DNA of 64,000 bases from Hydrolagus affinis. Taxonomy: Eukaryota. Each line of letters opens with the position of its first letter. Positions within the stretch are counted from its first letter, which is position 1. Made by a program: the position numbers and the translations under genes. Shown here in pieces: positions 11,952 through 24,615 of the stretch. The notes below the pieces were generated by a model. That model saw nothing but the letters and a program-made list of their open reading frames with translations, was not told the origin of the DNA and ran no database searches. The DNA is taken from assembly GCA_012026655.1 (NCBI GenBank), contig JAAILG010000043.1, forward strand, positions 1 to 64,000. The letters run 5' to 3'.

Positions 11952-12003
11952 GCACTGAAACCTGGAAGAAACTACTTCCCTTCAAGGAAACTGCTACTAA
12001 AAC
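11952..12003 (+). CDS. Putative ASB7 leader exon (52 nt), uORF part 2
   Basis: Acceptor tctttcacctgtag| and donor AAAC|gtaggt (alternative TAG|gtgacc at 12007). Open in frame: (C)TETWKKLLPFKETATK. Confidence 0.45.
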
Positions 12004-13183
12004 GTAGGTGACCAGAATTGTACTCCAAACTGTTGGGAAATATATATTCAAGTATATGTAATAAAGTAGTAAATAGACTCTTTTAAATCTGTTGAATTTT
12101 GAAATAATTCAGCAATTAATTGACGCCATTTGTCTCAAGAGTATACAGTATAAAATTGTTACTAAACTGCACCATGTCGAAGATGATGTGTCATATAACT
12201 AGCATTTTCTGTGTGATCATTGGTAGTGCTAACTCGTGTACTGTATTCCCCAAATGCTCCAGTACTGTAGTAGATTAGTTTTTTTTCACAAGTGGTACTC
12301 TACAAGTGGATGGGGTTAAAAGGTATCAAGTTATTGCACTATAGCAGTATTTGTTTGCTACTAAATTCAGTCCAGCACATATTTTTCATGATCATTTGTA
12401 TTGGCTTAGTACTTCTTTAGGCATGTTGATTCCAAAATACATTTTAACAGTGATTTAAAGAGCTAAGAATATATGGAAATGGTAAAGGCACTTAAATTGG
12501 TGAGGGCAGTTTTATGCCTGGTTTATACTGTGAGTTATGTGCTGCTTCAATGCAAAAAGTGCATCAAATTATGCTTTTTATATTTTTAAAAAAGTATGAA
12601 GCAGGTTCGAGGCATGACCATTACCCCTGAAGTCTGCTTGCTGAGACCACCTTTAAGTGTTTTTGCTAAGACCTTAATTCATTCCATTGCAGAATAAATA
12701 TAGGCAGTAGAAGTTGTTGTGGCCATTCTTGGGTGGTTTATTATGCCAATCATCTCTTTTAAAAGTCAGTGCTTATTAGTGAATCCCTTATCAGTTCCTG
12801 GCAAGAACATTAATAATAATAATTCTTGCATTTGATATAGCGCTTTTCACGTCTTTTTAGAGCAGGTCAGTATAAATCAGGTTTACCGTTGCCAAACACA
12901 CTACTGGAAACTAACAAATCATTGTACCAGTGTAAACAGTGGATATCCAAAATAAGGACCCAAGTTCTGACATTTTTGAAAAATGTACACTACATTTATG
13001 TATAATTTAAAAATTGCTGAACCGTTAATTTGAGTTACTACCTCTCGTTTCACCTCACTGGAGTTTGATATATAATGTGTACATATATAGTATAATCTAA
13101 AAATCTAATGTGGAGTTCCTTAATATAGTTTGCCAGCAAAGAATTATCTATGTTTTCATTTAAATTTTGTAAGTTTGGTTACA

Positions 13184-13494
13184 TGAAGCTGTAGCTCAAT
13201 GGTTAGACAACTCGCCTTGCAAGCAAGAGACCTGGGTTTGATTCCCGACAGGCCAAAACCTGGCCAAGTATCATTGCTCCACACACCTGATAGTAACCAC
13301 TCGAGAGAAACAAATAATAAGAATTTGGTCGATCAATCCATGACTGTTTGTGGGGCACTGTTGTGCGCGATTGGCTGCTGCGTTTCGCCCACAAATATTC
13401 AGTCAATTCATTTTACAGTTTATTTTGTGAATTGCTTTGAGGTGTCTAGAAGATGTGAAAAGAGCTATATCAAATGGAAGGAATATTATTATTA
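13184..13494 (+). mobile_element. Full-length tRNA-derived SINE (dominant family, about 310 bp)
   Basis: A box TAGCTCAATGG, B box GGTTTGATTCC, Deu-like 3' body, L2-like tail ending (ATT)n. Confidence 0.88.
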
Positions 13495-13729
13495 CTTGTC
13501 TATAAAGTACATTTCCATTACTCCCCATGCCTGTGGTTCTTGACAAATTCATAATTTTGCAAAGAAAGAAATATTTATAATCGATCAGAATAGAATCTCC
13601 AGTAATTTCTACTTTTGATTTCTGAACTAAACTGATCCACATTTAATTTTTTTTGCTGCAATTTTGGACCATTGGTTGACGAGTGTTATTGCGCAACTGA
13701 TTTAGAATTTTTAAATGAAACTTTTGAAG

Positions 13730-13772
13730 GAAATTGACCTCATGCATCGGCTGTGACAACGTGACGCACTAG
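13730..13772 (+). CDS. Putative ASB7 uORF part 3 (5' part of first ASB7 coding exon)
   Basis: Acceptor cttttgaag|G. Encodes (T)KLTSCIGCDNVTH*; TAG at 13770-13772, ASB7 ATG at 13774. Confidence 0.45.
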
Positions 13773-13773
13773 C

Positions 13774-13984
13774 ATGTTCCATCATCACTGTAGAAGAAAT
13801 CCGGAACTGCAGCAGGAACTGCAGATCCAAAACGCTGTTGCAGCTGGTGATGTTCATACAGTGCGCAAGATGCTTGAGGAAGGCTATTCTCCGAATGGTC
13901 GGGATGCAAATGGATGGACACTACTTCATTTTTCCGCTGCTAGAGGCAAAGAAAGATGTGTTCGAGTATTCTTAGAGCATGGAG
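13774..13984 (+). CDS. ASB7: ASB7 (ankyrin repeat and SOCS box 7) coding exon 1 (211 nt)
   Basis: MFHHHCRRNPELQQELQIQNAVAAGDVHTVRKML...VFLEHG, nearly identical to recalled vertebrate ASB7. Donor GAG|gtaagt. Confidence 0.97.
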
Positions 13985-14749
13985 GTAAGTGCAGACTGCA
14001 TTGAGCCTCTGATACTATCAATTGCAGTTGCTTGTGTGCTTGCTTTGATTACCAAATAAGTGTATCATGGACTGTATGTTTTTGGGGTGGCAGTATTGAG
14101 ACAGCACCTTATCGCATCAATGTTTCGAAGGGTCCATTGTAATTACTGTAAAATATAGAGTGTCCGTAAGCAAATGCAGCAGATAGTTTGCATGCAGCCA
14201 TATCTCCCTGTCTGGTCGGTGCTAAGCAACCAGTTTCTGGAGGGACGGAACATGAAGAAACTCATGAAAATTGGGTCATGGATTCTTTAACCTGAGCAGG
14301 CAGACTAGACGTTGAACTAAAATCTTCTTTGAAGGATGGCACTTGATGATGCATGCCATCATTATTCCACTGGAATGTCAGCTGGGATCATGAGCCCAAG
14401 TTGCTGAAAGGATATGACCTTCCATTATGCTGTTCTAACTTTTGTTGCTACCTCTCTGAAAGAGAGGCTTATCTGCATGCTCCAAATCGAGCAAAGGTGA
14501 TTGATTGGTACATTTAAGAGAGTTAAATTTGATGGCTACGGCTTTGGTTCATCAACCAAATCGGAACATTTTTAGTAATTTTCTTATGTCTTAAACTTTC
14601 ATATTTTGATAATATCCTCCCACAAGAGAAAATCTCTCTATGATATGATGTATTTTTCTTGAACTTGGAGGAAGATTTTGATAAAACTTGGAAGAATTAC
14701 TAATTTCTAAGTGAAAGCCAAGACTACAGATAAACTGTGGGAGTGGATA

Positions 14750-15350
14750 AAGTTTTTGTTAAAAAAAAATAGTGCTTGTGAAAGCAGTATCAGAATGGGG
14801 AAGGTGCTAAGTGGAGTCCTGTAGTGATTTGTGTTTAGACCTAATTTCCAATCTACTGTACTTCAATGCCTTAGGTCTCAAAACTACATGTAAGATTACC
14901 ATATGTTCTGAAGCTAAAATAGGAAAGCAGAGGTTTAAGATGCAGTGAAAGTTCCCAAATGATTTAGATCTAATATATAATTAGGGAAATAAATATGAAA
15001 AACTGCATTAACAAATGTAAACTAGTGAAGATTGGTTGATTGTGTATCAAAATGTGAAAAGAATAAAGTTGAATTGAAAGAATGAGATTTACAAAGTCCA
15101 GTATTGCTTCCTATCAATGATGTGGTAAGTAGTGCAGCAATTAAAATACAAACCAAATACAGGTATTGACAATGAGCCAGAACAGTAAACGATATGTCTC
15201 TGGTGAACTACAAAACACTGATTATATCATAATCTGTTGTTCTGGCTACAAGACCAGAGTGGAAAGAGTGAGAAGGCTGTTCCGTAGTATACAGGGTTGG
15301 CTACTACGAGATTAGAGAAAATTAATCTAGACATTTGGCATACTCCTGGT
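14750..15350 (+). mobile_element. Degenerate CR1-type LINE RT fragment
   Basis: GAATGGGGAAGGTGCTAAGTGGAGTCCT...TTTAGACC and AAATGTAAACTAGTG resemble the decayed CR1 RT region. Confidence 0.45.
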
Positions 15351-17913
15351 CTGATGGAGTAAAGAAGATGGTTGAAAGAGACTTCATTGGAGGTCTTCTT
15401 GCAGCACTTCTTATTCTGTCAAATCTTTTTTGGTTTGAATGGCAAATTTTATATTGTGCTTTTTACTTTGACTCAGTGGTATAATTGCCTAAAATATACA
15501 ATAAAGGCTGTAAGATCTGGTTTAGGAAACAAAATGAAGAAGTGTCCTGTGCTGGAGCATGCAAGATACAAACAGCTTGTAGATGTTTCATTGAGAAATT
15601 AATTTGCACCTCTGCAATATAAATGCAAATTGATTTATTCTTTGCTTAAAATGGCCCCTTAAACTGCTTGAACCGTTTAAAGGATCATTTTAATGTTATT
15701 AAAAAAACAGGTCACTAAACTGCTATTTTACTAACATTTTGAAACAAGGTATTCACCAGCAATTAATGGAATGCTGCATTTTGCTTTTCTTCATCCACAA
15801 TAAACTTTGGAATGGAAAAAAATAAAGTGGGCTTTCCCCTCCTAATCACTTTACTGCTGTGAGCATTTTAATTAAAAAAGGAATTTTTTAATTCCTTTCA
15901 ATAGCATAATTTATTTAGAATAGTATGACCCACTGAACACTAGGTGGTAGTATAGCACAACTATTTAGTTCACACCTAAATTAGAATACAAAATTACACT
16001 TAAATATAATCGTTCATATCAGGATCCCAAAGCATTTAAGTTCAGCAAAACAGAATTTTATATTTGAGGCACTGTGCTTTTTACTTTTGATTATCCAACT
16101 GGAAGAGAGTATACTATACAATTGTTGGAATTGTTACCTGCATGCAGTAGGATAGAATGTTGCCTGATGAAAGCCTCTCCAGGTCTTTAAAGGCCTTGTA
16201 ACATGTTCTCTAACTGAGGAATTGTTCTCAGTGGGTTGTGCGGTGGGACGAAGACAGGAAGTCTTCAAGAAGAAGCTGAACAGATTTATAACAAATAAAG
16301 ATATAATGAACTGAAGTTGTTTGGAGATGGCAATAATCTTTTTAAATATCTTCAAATAGTTATACAGTACAGTATTCACAACTGCACAGTTTGCTACAGT
16401 ATCTCACAACATTAAAATGTTGAACTAAAAATTAATTTAGAATTTCAGATCATTGGAACTTTGAAATTTTATAATTTAAAATTGACTTATTTTGTGATGA
16501 AATAGTCAAACGCACTAGAAGATGAATGATCAATGGATCAACCGAGCTGTCAAATAAAATTCATTAATATCAGTTTTTTCATTTAAACTTTTTTATTTGT
16601 GATGTTAAGCCGTTTTTAACTTTCATTGTTCTTCTTATAAGCATAAGCCATTTCAAACTATTGGTGAAAGATTTCAATAGCAATATATCCAACAATATTT
16701 GACATTAGCACTTCATTAAAATATTTCAGAATCTTTAACAAGCATTGGAAATAAATTAGGAGAAATATTTATCTGATGTGGGCCTCATTAAGATCAAGCC
16801 TCTTTTCAACACTCCACATTAAGGCATTGTTTTGATGCCTCAATTTTTGTTTTAAGATAATAAATTTCCCCAAATTCCAAAAATTTCCAAACAAATTTTT
16901 GTTTAACCTGTCTTAAGGTTCTTCATTATGCATAGCACTTTTGAGGTTCATGATCTCATCTGAATTCCTCAGTTGTGTTATTGAGTCCCAAACTCCCTTT
17001 AAGTCTAGCTATTATTCTATAGGTTATATTGTCAGGCTTTGATGGTTTCAAAATCCAGTCTTACCGATCAAATGAACATTGCAAGATGAGTCAAAGTCTT
17101 GTGAAAACTCATCAAAGAAATGTGTTATCTTCCTGGAAACAAGGTGAGTATTTATTGAATATTGCAATGCGTTTTTGTAATTGAATACTAATTAGCATTG
17201 AATATGAAGAGTTGCTGACTACATGGCAATTATGCTAATGTGTGTAGTCCGTCCACTTAGCTGTCCAGGAACTGTGATGACACATAAGCAGGGGAAATAC
17301 AATTTTAAAGCATTTTCAAAGACCCTTTGTGTAACTCACATTTTAGAAGAATACTGGCCAATTTGAGGAAGAATTTGTGAATTCCAAACCGTAAAGAATT
17401 GATTTAGAATTACCATTTGAGTGTAGGTTTGTGCAGGAGTAGGGAGTGTGTTGTGTTCAGAACTGTAAGAACAAGGGAGAATTCTCGAGCCACCTGAGTA
17501 TTTCCTTCAGGTAAAATTATTTTTCAATGACGTCCTCATTGATTGTTTGCTGCATTGTACCTGATAGCATTGTTCTGTGTTTCTAGTAAATAATTATACT
17601 GTATAATAATGTGTTGTTCAATAAAGCCTTATAGTGTGGTATGGGACCAAGTGGAATTCCAGTAAGCAAGCAGTGTGGGGTAGCAAATGGACAACAGATT
17701 CCAAATTGAAGTGGTTAACGACTCTTATTTGGGTTAACTTTTGCTTGTCCATAATGAGTGGTAGTGGACTGAATCATTTTATAATTTTTGCCAAATTCTG
17801 TAACATTAGTTGTTGTAATTGCACTTGGATGGTGATCAAGCATGTGAGTGTGTGTTTTAAAAGCACGGTTTCCGGATTCCCAATCTCTGTAAAGTCTTTC
17901 TGTTCTTTTTCAG

Positions 17914-18519
17914 CTGATACCACTGTTAAAGACTTAATTGGCGGTTTCACTGCTTTGCATTATGCGGCTATGCATGGCCGAGCACGAATTGCAAGGTTGA
18001 TGTTAGAATCAGAACACAGACCTGACATTATCAATGCAAAAAGCAATGATGGCTGGACTCCTCTCCACGTGGCTGCTCATTATGGCAGAGATTCATTTGT
18101 TAAACTTCTACTGGAATTCAAGGCTGAGGTTGACCCTCTCAGCGATAAAGGCACCACACCACTTCAACTCGCCATTATCCGAGAACGCTCAAGCTGCGTC
18201 AAAATCCTTTTGGATCACGATGCCAACATTGATATTCAAAATGGTTTCCTACTACGATATGCAGTGATCAAAAGCAACCACTCGTACTGTCGAATGTTCC
18301 TTCAAAGAGGGGCAGACACAAACCTTGGCCGACTTGAGGATGGTCAGACTCCACTGCACTTGTCTGCACTAAGGGATGATGTGCTTTGTGCACGGATGTT
18401 GTACAATTATGGTGCAGACTGTAATACAAGGAACTATGAGGGACAGACGCCTCTGGCTGTATCTATTAGTCTATCTGGAGCCAGCAGACCCTGCCTGGAT
18501 TTCTTACAGGAAGTCACAA
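17914..18519 (+). CDS. ASB7: ASB7 coding exon 2 (606 nt, ankyrin repeats)
   Basis: ctttttcag|CT...ACAA|gtacgt. Several ankyrin repeats (GFTALHYAA, GWTPLHVAA, GTTPLQLAI, GQTPLHLSA). Confidence 0.97.
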
Positions 18520-19929
18520 GTACGTTGTTCTTTTTTAAAAGAAACTTGAAAGATTATGTTACATGAGATTTAGTTACTGCAGTTGTCTAAGTTAACCATG
18601 TGATGTGTGTAAATCTGCAACAATGCTCTGATTACAATTAACTTTTATGCTAATTTAGATGTTTCCACAAAAAAGGAACTGGAGTGCAATACTAGACAGG
18701 CATAACTGTGCACTGTAATCAACTATGGGACTGGAATCCAAGTGCAATAGAATAAAATGTATGGATGAAGTGGGTGGGTGCACTATGTATGTGTTATCAC
18801 TTACAATAGCTCAAGGGAATGTTGAACTATGTCAAACCTAGACAAGTATGATTTCCAGATATTAAGGATTTTGATACCATCAAAGTCTGACAATGGGATC
18901 AGCCGTTAATCTTGTTACAAAAGATGGTAGTTTGGACCTCAATTGTAGGTATAAAATAAAGGATAGATAGGAAATAAAAGGGAGATCCTTGATCTGAACA
19001 GTGCAAGTCCACTTATAGGTATGTGACACTGGAACAACATTGTACCTTTGAGCGCTTTGAGACATCGATAAGATGTGAAAAGTGCTGTATCAAATGCAAG
19101 GATTATTATTATTATTATTACCTGAATTACAGAGTGGCAAAGTGTACCCTTAATTTGATGTTTGTATGTGAGAGAGAGATAAACTTGATCTATTCAGAAT
19201 AGCACAAAACCTTAGTCTTGTGGGATCCCATGCTTCATATAGTGGAGCCTTTGTACAGATTGCTGCAACGTACAGGAAGACTTTTCAAGGTTCATTTCTC
19301 TCCTCTTTGTAGAAGGCAGCAGTTGTTCGAATCATGCATGGTATAAAAAAAACTACAGTAATAAAGTTTTAGCTGAACTACCTTGCAACCATCCAATCAT
19401 AGATTTGGCAAAAAAAAATCTTAGTTTGGGCAAAATATGGAATATATTCCAGATATAAACCTTGTTTTTTTTAATTAAAATTGAAAAGATTGGACTTTTG
19501 AAACTGAGGCAATTTAGAACTGTCATTCCTCATTTTCAACTGAATATTTGCCTTCTTCATTGCAATCTGGTCCTTTTAACTCTTCTGCTTAAAACAGCTA
19601 TTACAATTTCCCTATGTTGGCATATTTCATATTCCTCTTAGTCTGCCTAATCTCCCTGCTGCTTCGCTTATACACTTTTTGGTTTGTTTTTTCTATTTGT
19701 CTTCTTTTCTGATTTGTCTAAATTATTGTATTTTCTTTTAAAAAGCTCATAATGTTTAGAATACAAATAAGGTGCAGAGGTTAAATCATTAAATAATTGA
19801 TCTATAGGTCTACCGTTTATTTACATTTGACTTACATCACCTCTATTCTTAAATTGGGAGGTATTTAGAGAACAGTGAAAAATCATTTGAACACACAATC
19901 CTTTAAAGTCCCTATGTATGTTCAATATT

Positions 19930-20235
19930 GTGGAGTCCTGTCGCTCAGTGGTTACAATCCTTGCCTTACAAGTGAAAAACCTGGATTTGAGACCAGGCAA
20001 GGCGAAACCTTGGGCAAGTTTCCTTGCTCCACATGCTTGATAATAATCCCTCCCCAAAAAATTAATTGGTCCTTTCAATCCATGACTGTTTGTGGGACAC
20101 TGCTGTGCTCAATTGATTACCGTGTTTCGACCAAATATATACAGTCAATTTCACTTTACAGTATATTCCGTGAAGCACTTTGAGACGTCTAGAAGACGTG
20201 AAATGCATTATATCAAATGCAAGGATTATTATTAT
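19930..20235 (+). mobile_element. Full-length dominant SINE
   Basis: GTGGAGTCCTGTCGCTCAGTGGTT...GCAAGGATTATTATT. Confidence 0.9.
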
Positions 20236-21786
20236 AAAGCCTGAGTGGAATCAAATGCATTTTTATATATACTTTAACCAAACCTACAATACTGATTATG
20301 TTCGAAAAATGGTAGATTAGCTTTCTCTTTTTGAGGCTGAATTTATAAAGCTTTGCATGCTGGAATTAATATGAATATTTTGTGCCTCAGTGTAGAGAGG
20401 GAATGAGAAAATTCAACTATTTTGAGTTTAACTACGGAGTGGGGGGTGGGGGTTAAACCTGTCATTTTTATCTTTAAGCCCTGCTTATGGGATTTTCAAG
20501 ATGGCAGATGCTCTCTTCTGGAGAGAGATGAAAGTCGGCTTCATGTAAAGACGCATGAGGTATTGAAGCATTTATAATTCGAGCAACACTGAAATTCAAG
20601 TTAGGAAAAATAAAATAGCAATTGGACTAGTATTTAACCACATTTGTGCTAATAAGCAGGATACTTAGTAATATTCAGTTGAACATGGAACTTGTGGTCA
20701 ATAATTTGTCATTGAGAATTCCTTAGGCACTATGCCTGTGGCATTCATTATATTTCACTTACTGCACATGTAGGATCAATTCTAGGTTTAATGGGTTATC
20801 AAATATATTTGAATGTTATCTCAACAGTTTGGAAAACACTCACATGAATATGAGTATTCATGGTTGCATAGTTTGAAATATGGTATTAGTAGTAATCCTT
20901 TTATTTAATATAGCTTCTTTCACATCAGGAGGATGACCCAATGAGCTTCACAAGATATACTGTAAAGTGGTGTGACTCTCTTTGTGGGAGATAATTGTAT
21001 TATGCATTGTAAATTTGTTTGACTTTAGTTGACTCCAAAAAAGGCTCTGAGGCAGATTTATAATGTATTAAAGGATCGCATAGCTGTGGGGATTGCATAT
21101 GGCTTTTTAAATTAAAGGAACAAGTTCTACAGATTGTATAACTGTGTAAGTATTGATTTGAACTGAATTATATGTTCAAATTGCTGTTTTGGAGCTATTC
21201 TATTAAAAGATAAAATAATCTGTATGGTCTTTGGGCTATAATGAGGAGTTGAACTTAATGGCTGATGAAGGAGCTAGTACACTATCTGAATCAAGTGTGT
21301 GTGTGTCACACTTTCAAGTTTTAAAACGCTTTTGTAAGAACATCAATGATAGCTGATTGGTAAAGAATGTTACATTTTAAACAAAAGATGGGAATAAAAT
21401 ATAAAATGAAGAGTTAAAACTAATGATCTAGTGCTTGTTGAAATATAAAAAGGTTAAGGCAAGTTTTAAGAAATATCTGGTTGAGGCGAGATGAAGCAGG
21501 TGTAAGCAATGGCTATGACTGTCTATTTACCCAGCAAATCAGCCCATTGTTTCACTATAGAAAAGATGCTCAAGGTGGGAATATCTTTTTGAAGAATTGA
21601 TTCAATTTGTAAAATCTCCCATGTTGGCAACATCTAATCGATTGCTCTTTGTTCAATGACAGGTCTAGTTAATGGACATTGAAGTTTTATTGTATTGATT
21701 TTGTAGACTTGCGTGTTTCATGAGATTTTACGAAGGTCACAAAACCTAAATATAATACTCATTTCTTTTTTTATTCCTTTCTCTAG

Positions 21787-21926
21787 GACAGCCTAGAAAT
21801 TTACAGGATCTGTGCCGAATTAAAATCCGGCAGTGCCTAGGCCTACAGAATTTGAAAGGACTTGATGAACTCCCTCTTGCAAAGGTCATGAAAGACTATT
21901 TGAAGCACAAGTTTGATGATATCTGA
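21787..21926 (+). CDS. ASB7: ASB7 coding exon 3 (SOCS box; missing from ORF track)
   Basis: tttctctag|GA. Encodes QPRNLQDLCRIKIRQCLGLQNLKGLDELPLAKVMKDYLKHKFDDI*. Total CDS 957 nt = 318 aa. Confidence 0.97.
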
Positions 21927-24615
21927 ATGCTGAATACTCGAGACTTGGGGATTCGAATTAGATGCTGCCTTGCACCAAGTACATCCTATGCAATTCCCGA
22001 TTTGATAAGATTTTAAGTCAAAATACGGGTATCACACCTCTCTGAAACAACTTATTTGTCCCCACTCTAGGAGAACTGCTTTGTGCTCTCATCCAAAAAG
22101 GTATATTCCAAGCTGGCCTTTTGGTCAGTCTGTATGTATGACTTAAAATTTGAAACAAAATCATTCTGCCCCAAAATAAAGCAGATGGTCCATGAATAAC
22201 TTCTATTCAACAAAATCATTTTAAGTTATTGACTGCAGAAGTTTCAAACTGGAACCACATTCACTGACTGGAAGGATGGAATAGTCAAAATTTAATATCA
22301 GAGGTCACAAACAAAGAAAGTTACAAAAATATAATTTGGAAATCTGTTTTTTTGTTGTTGTACTATATTCTGGCCAGGCTGTTGTGTTTTTATCAATGCC
22401 AGAATTTGAAAGACCAGTGTGATTTATCAGTTTTTATTATAGTGTCTCCCTTTCCTCTGTTCTCTCCCTCCCAAATTGGAATGCTCTGCACAGCGGTTAT
22501 ACTGTTATATAATGGTTATTGCTTAAGCACCATTGTAACACAGTGTAACACAAATGGATAGATTGATCTGCTGAGTGTGGAAGTATTTTTAAAATAAGAT
22601 TGAGGGATAAAGAGTCTGATGTGACCAAGGCTTCGACATCTTAATAAATTTTTAATGTATCTCTCACTGTGCTTTTAAGCCTTATTCTGCCTCATGGTAC
22701 CTGGTCTATCCCAATGACTTTTCTGGGCTCTTCTGATAATACAAGCATTTTCTCATATATCCCATTCCAGAAGCTCCTTCTAGTCCCAAATATGAAATTT
22801 CCCCATCCATCTCATGATGCTGCAATGTATGCCATGCAATCAACTCGTCGTTCCTTTTTGTTTAACATTTCAATATCAATTGTCTTGCATTGCACAAAGG
22901 CACGTTTGGGTCTGACTGGAGAAGCTGTAACTGAGCATTGTATAGTTGATACAGCAGGATGTGAGAAGCAGAAGTACTTTTTTGTGTGTGTCTGTATATA
23001 TGTGAGTATTAATATATACCATAATATTAGTATGTATTCCTGTGAAAGGTATTTCAGGACACATCATTTTGTACACTTAATTTTAAAAAAAATGTAAAAT
23101 TAAGTGTACCATATCTTTCATTACTTCATCGAATTCTTGGCAAAACAACTAGGAGAAATGTTTCTCACACTTGAATGGAATGTATCCTGTGCACGGTTTG
23201 TATGTTCTCAGTAGAACTCAAATCGCACTGCTGTTCAAAATAAATTTACTATCGGTAAAATTCAAAATTTTAATTTATTTTGATTACTTAAGAATGAATG
23301 AAAGGCCTTTGAAACATTTTTTTAAATGCAGCAAAATCCAGAATCAGGATGGGACTTCATTTAGAAGTTTTCCTTGTTGCTGTTCTGCGTATAACAAAAC
23401 TGGGAAGAAGTTGCCCAACATTTGCCCTCCCCATGTAAAAGCCTACTTGCAGACGAGCTTGTTGCAAAAACATGTTTGCCCTCTGCTGGAATATTAAAAT
23501 GAAAGACATATTGCAGTGCTATTGTGGGGAAAATGGTCCTGTTTCGTTGTGGCCTTGAATGCACCTTTCCATTGTGCAAATGTCATTTTATCACAAAGAA
23601 CAACCTTGTTCTGCCTCAGCTTATTGGTACCACAATATTTCCTATCTCACATGGCGCACACGCGCACTCTTCACAAAAGCAGTGTGATTTGATATTTTTT
23701 TAATCAAATGCATAGGAAAGATTGCTATGGTACAGTATGTTTCAGAAATTATGGCTAAAAGGAAGTCAAATGTTTTATCGACTAACTCTTCAGGAACAAT
23801 TTATTTACGTGTGTGTGTGTGTGTTGGGGATGGTTCTAAAGCCTACTTGTAGGTGTGCAGTTTACTACCAACTGTGAGGTCGTCACTTTCTTGTTCATGT
23901 AAAAATGCAACAGCAGGTAGTGGTGTCGTGTGTTTGCAAAAAATGTAAATTTTTTATTTACCTAATAAATTTACTTTTTATTTATATTCTATTACAGTCC
24001 CTGACACTATTTTGCACCAGTAAAAATAAGCCCATGCAGCACTGATAGTGAAAAGGTGCAGTGCAATTACCTTTTTGTTCGGAAGCTGCAAATTTTAGTT
24101 TTCCCCCACCCCATTCTTTCCCACTTCCACCAGAAGATAACATGCTGTACAATCTTACATTGTTCTGTGCCAGTGCTGTGCTGAGTTCATCCAAAAGGAA
24201 AGGGATGAACCAATTTGCCCCAAACCCAAACTGTGAGCTAGTGAATGTCAGTGCACACATGGCGAATGAGCTCCAAAGTGAGCCATTGTAGGGACTTGAA
24301 ATTGTGATGGTAATTGTGCGAACGAGTTGTAATCAGTGCATTAGTCTAAATTTTCTCCTGAAAAGAACATTTTTCCCAAGGTTTTTTCATTTGAAATACC
24401 AAAGAAAGACTAAGAGCTGCAAGAATTAATTGATTTTTTTTATTTGTACAGTTTTATAACCAATGACAATGTACAAACTGAAATCTTTTAACATTTGAAG
24501 AAATGGACCACTGATTTTTTTGTAAATGTTTGTGTTATAAATGTACAACAGATTAATACATTTCTATGTTTATTTAAATGCCACAGTTCAATAAAATATT
24601 TACTAAGTGTAGGCA
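21927..24615 (+). other. ASB7: ASB7 3' UTR (about 2.7 kb), AATAAA at 24590-24595
   Basis: Largely free of interspersed repeats, TGTA-rich near its end, AATAAA followed by GT-rich sequence. Upstream AATAAA copies near 22623-22650 and 23964. Confidence 0.6.

Noticed and set aside
17634-17913. N-terminal part of the 310-aa ORF
   Set aside because: Intronic read-through. ASB7 similarity starts at the acceptor at 17914 and ends at the donor at 18519.
19930-20005. tRNA-Val-like genes at SINE heads
   Set aside because: Each continues into a SINE body and tail and has broken stems, so they are not tRNA genes.
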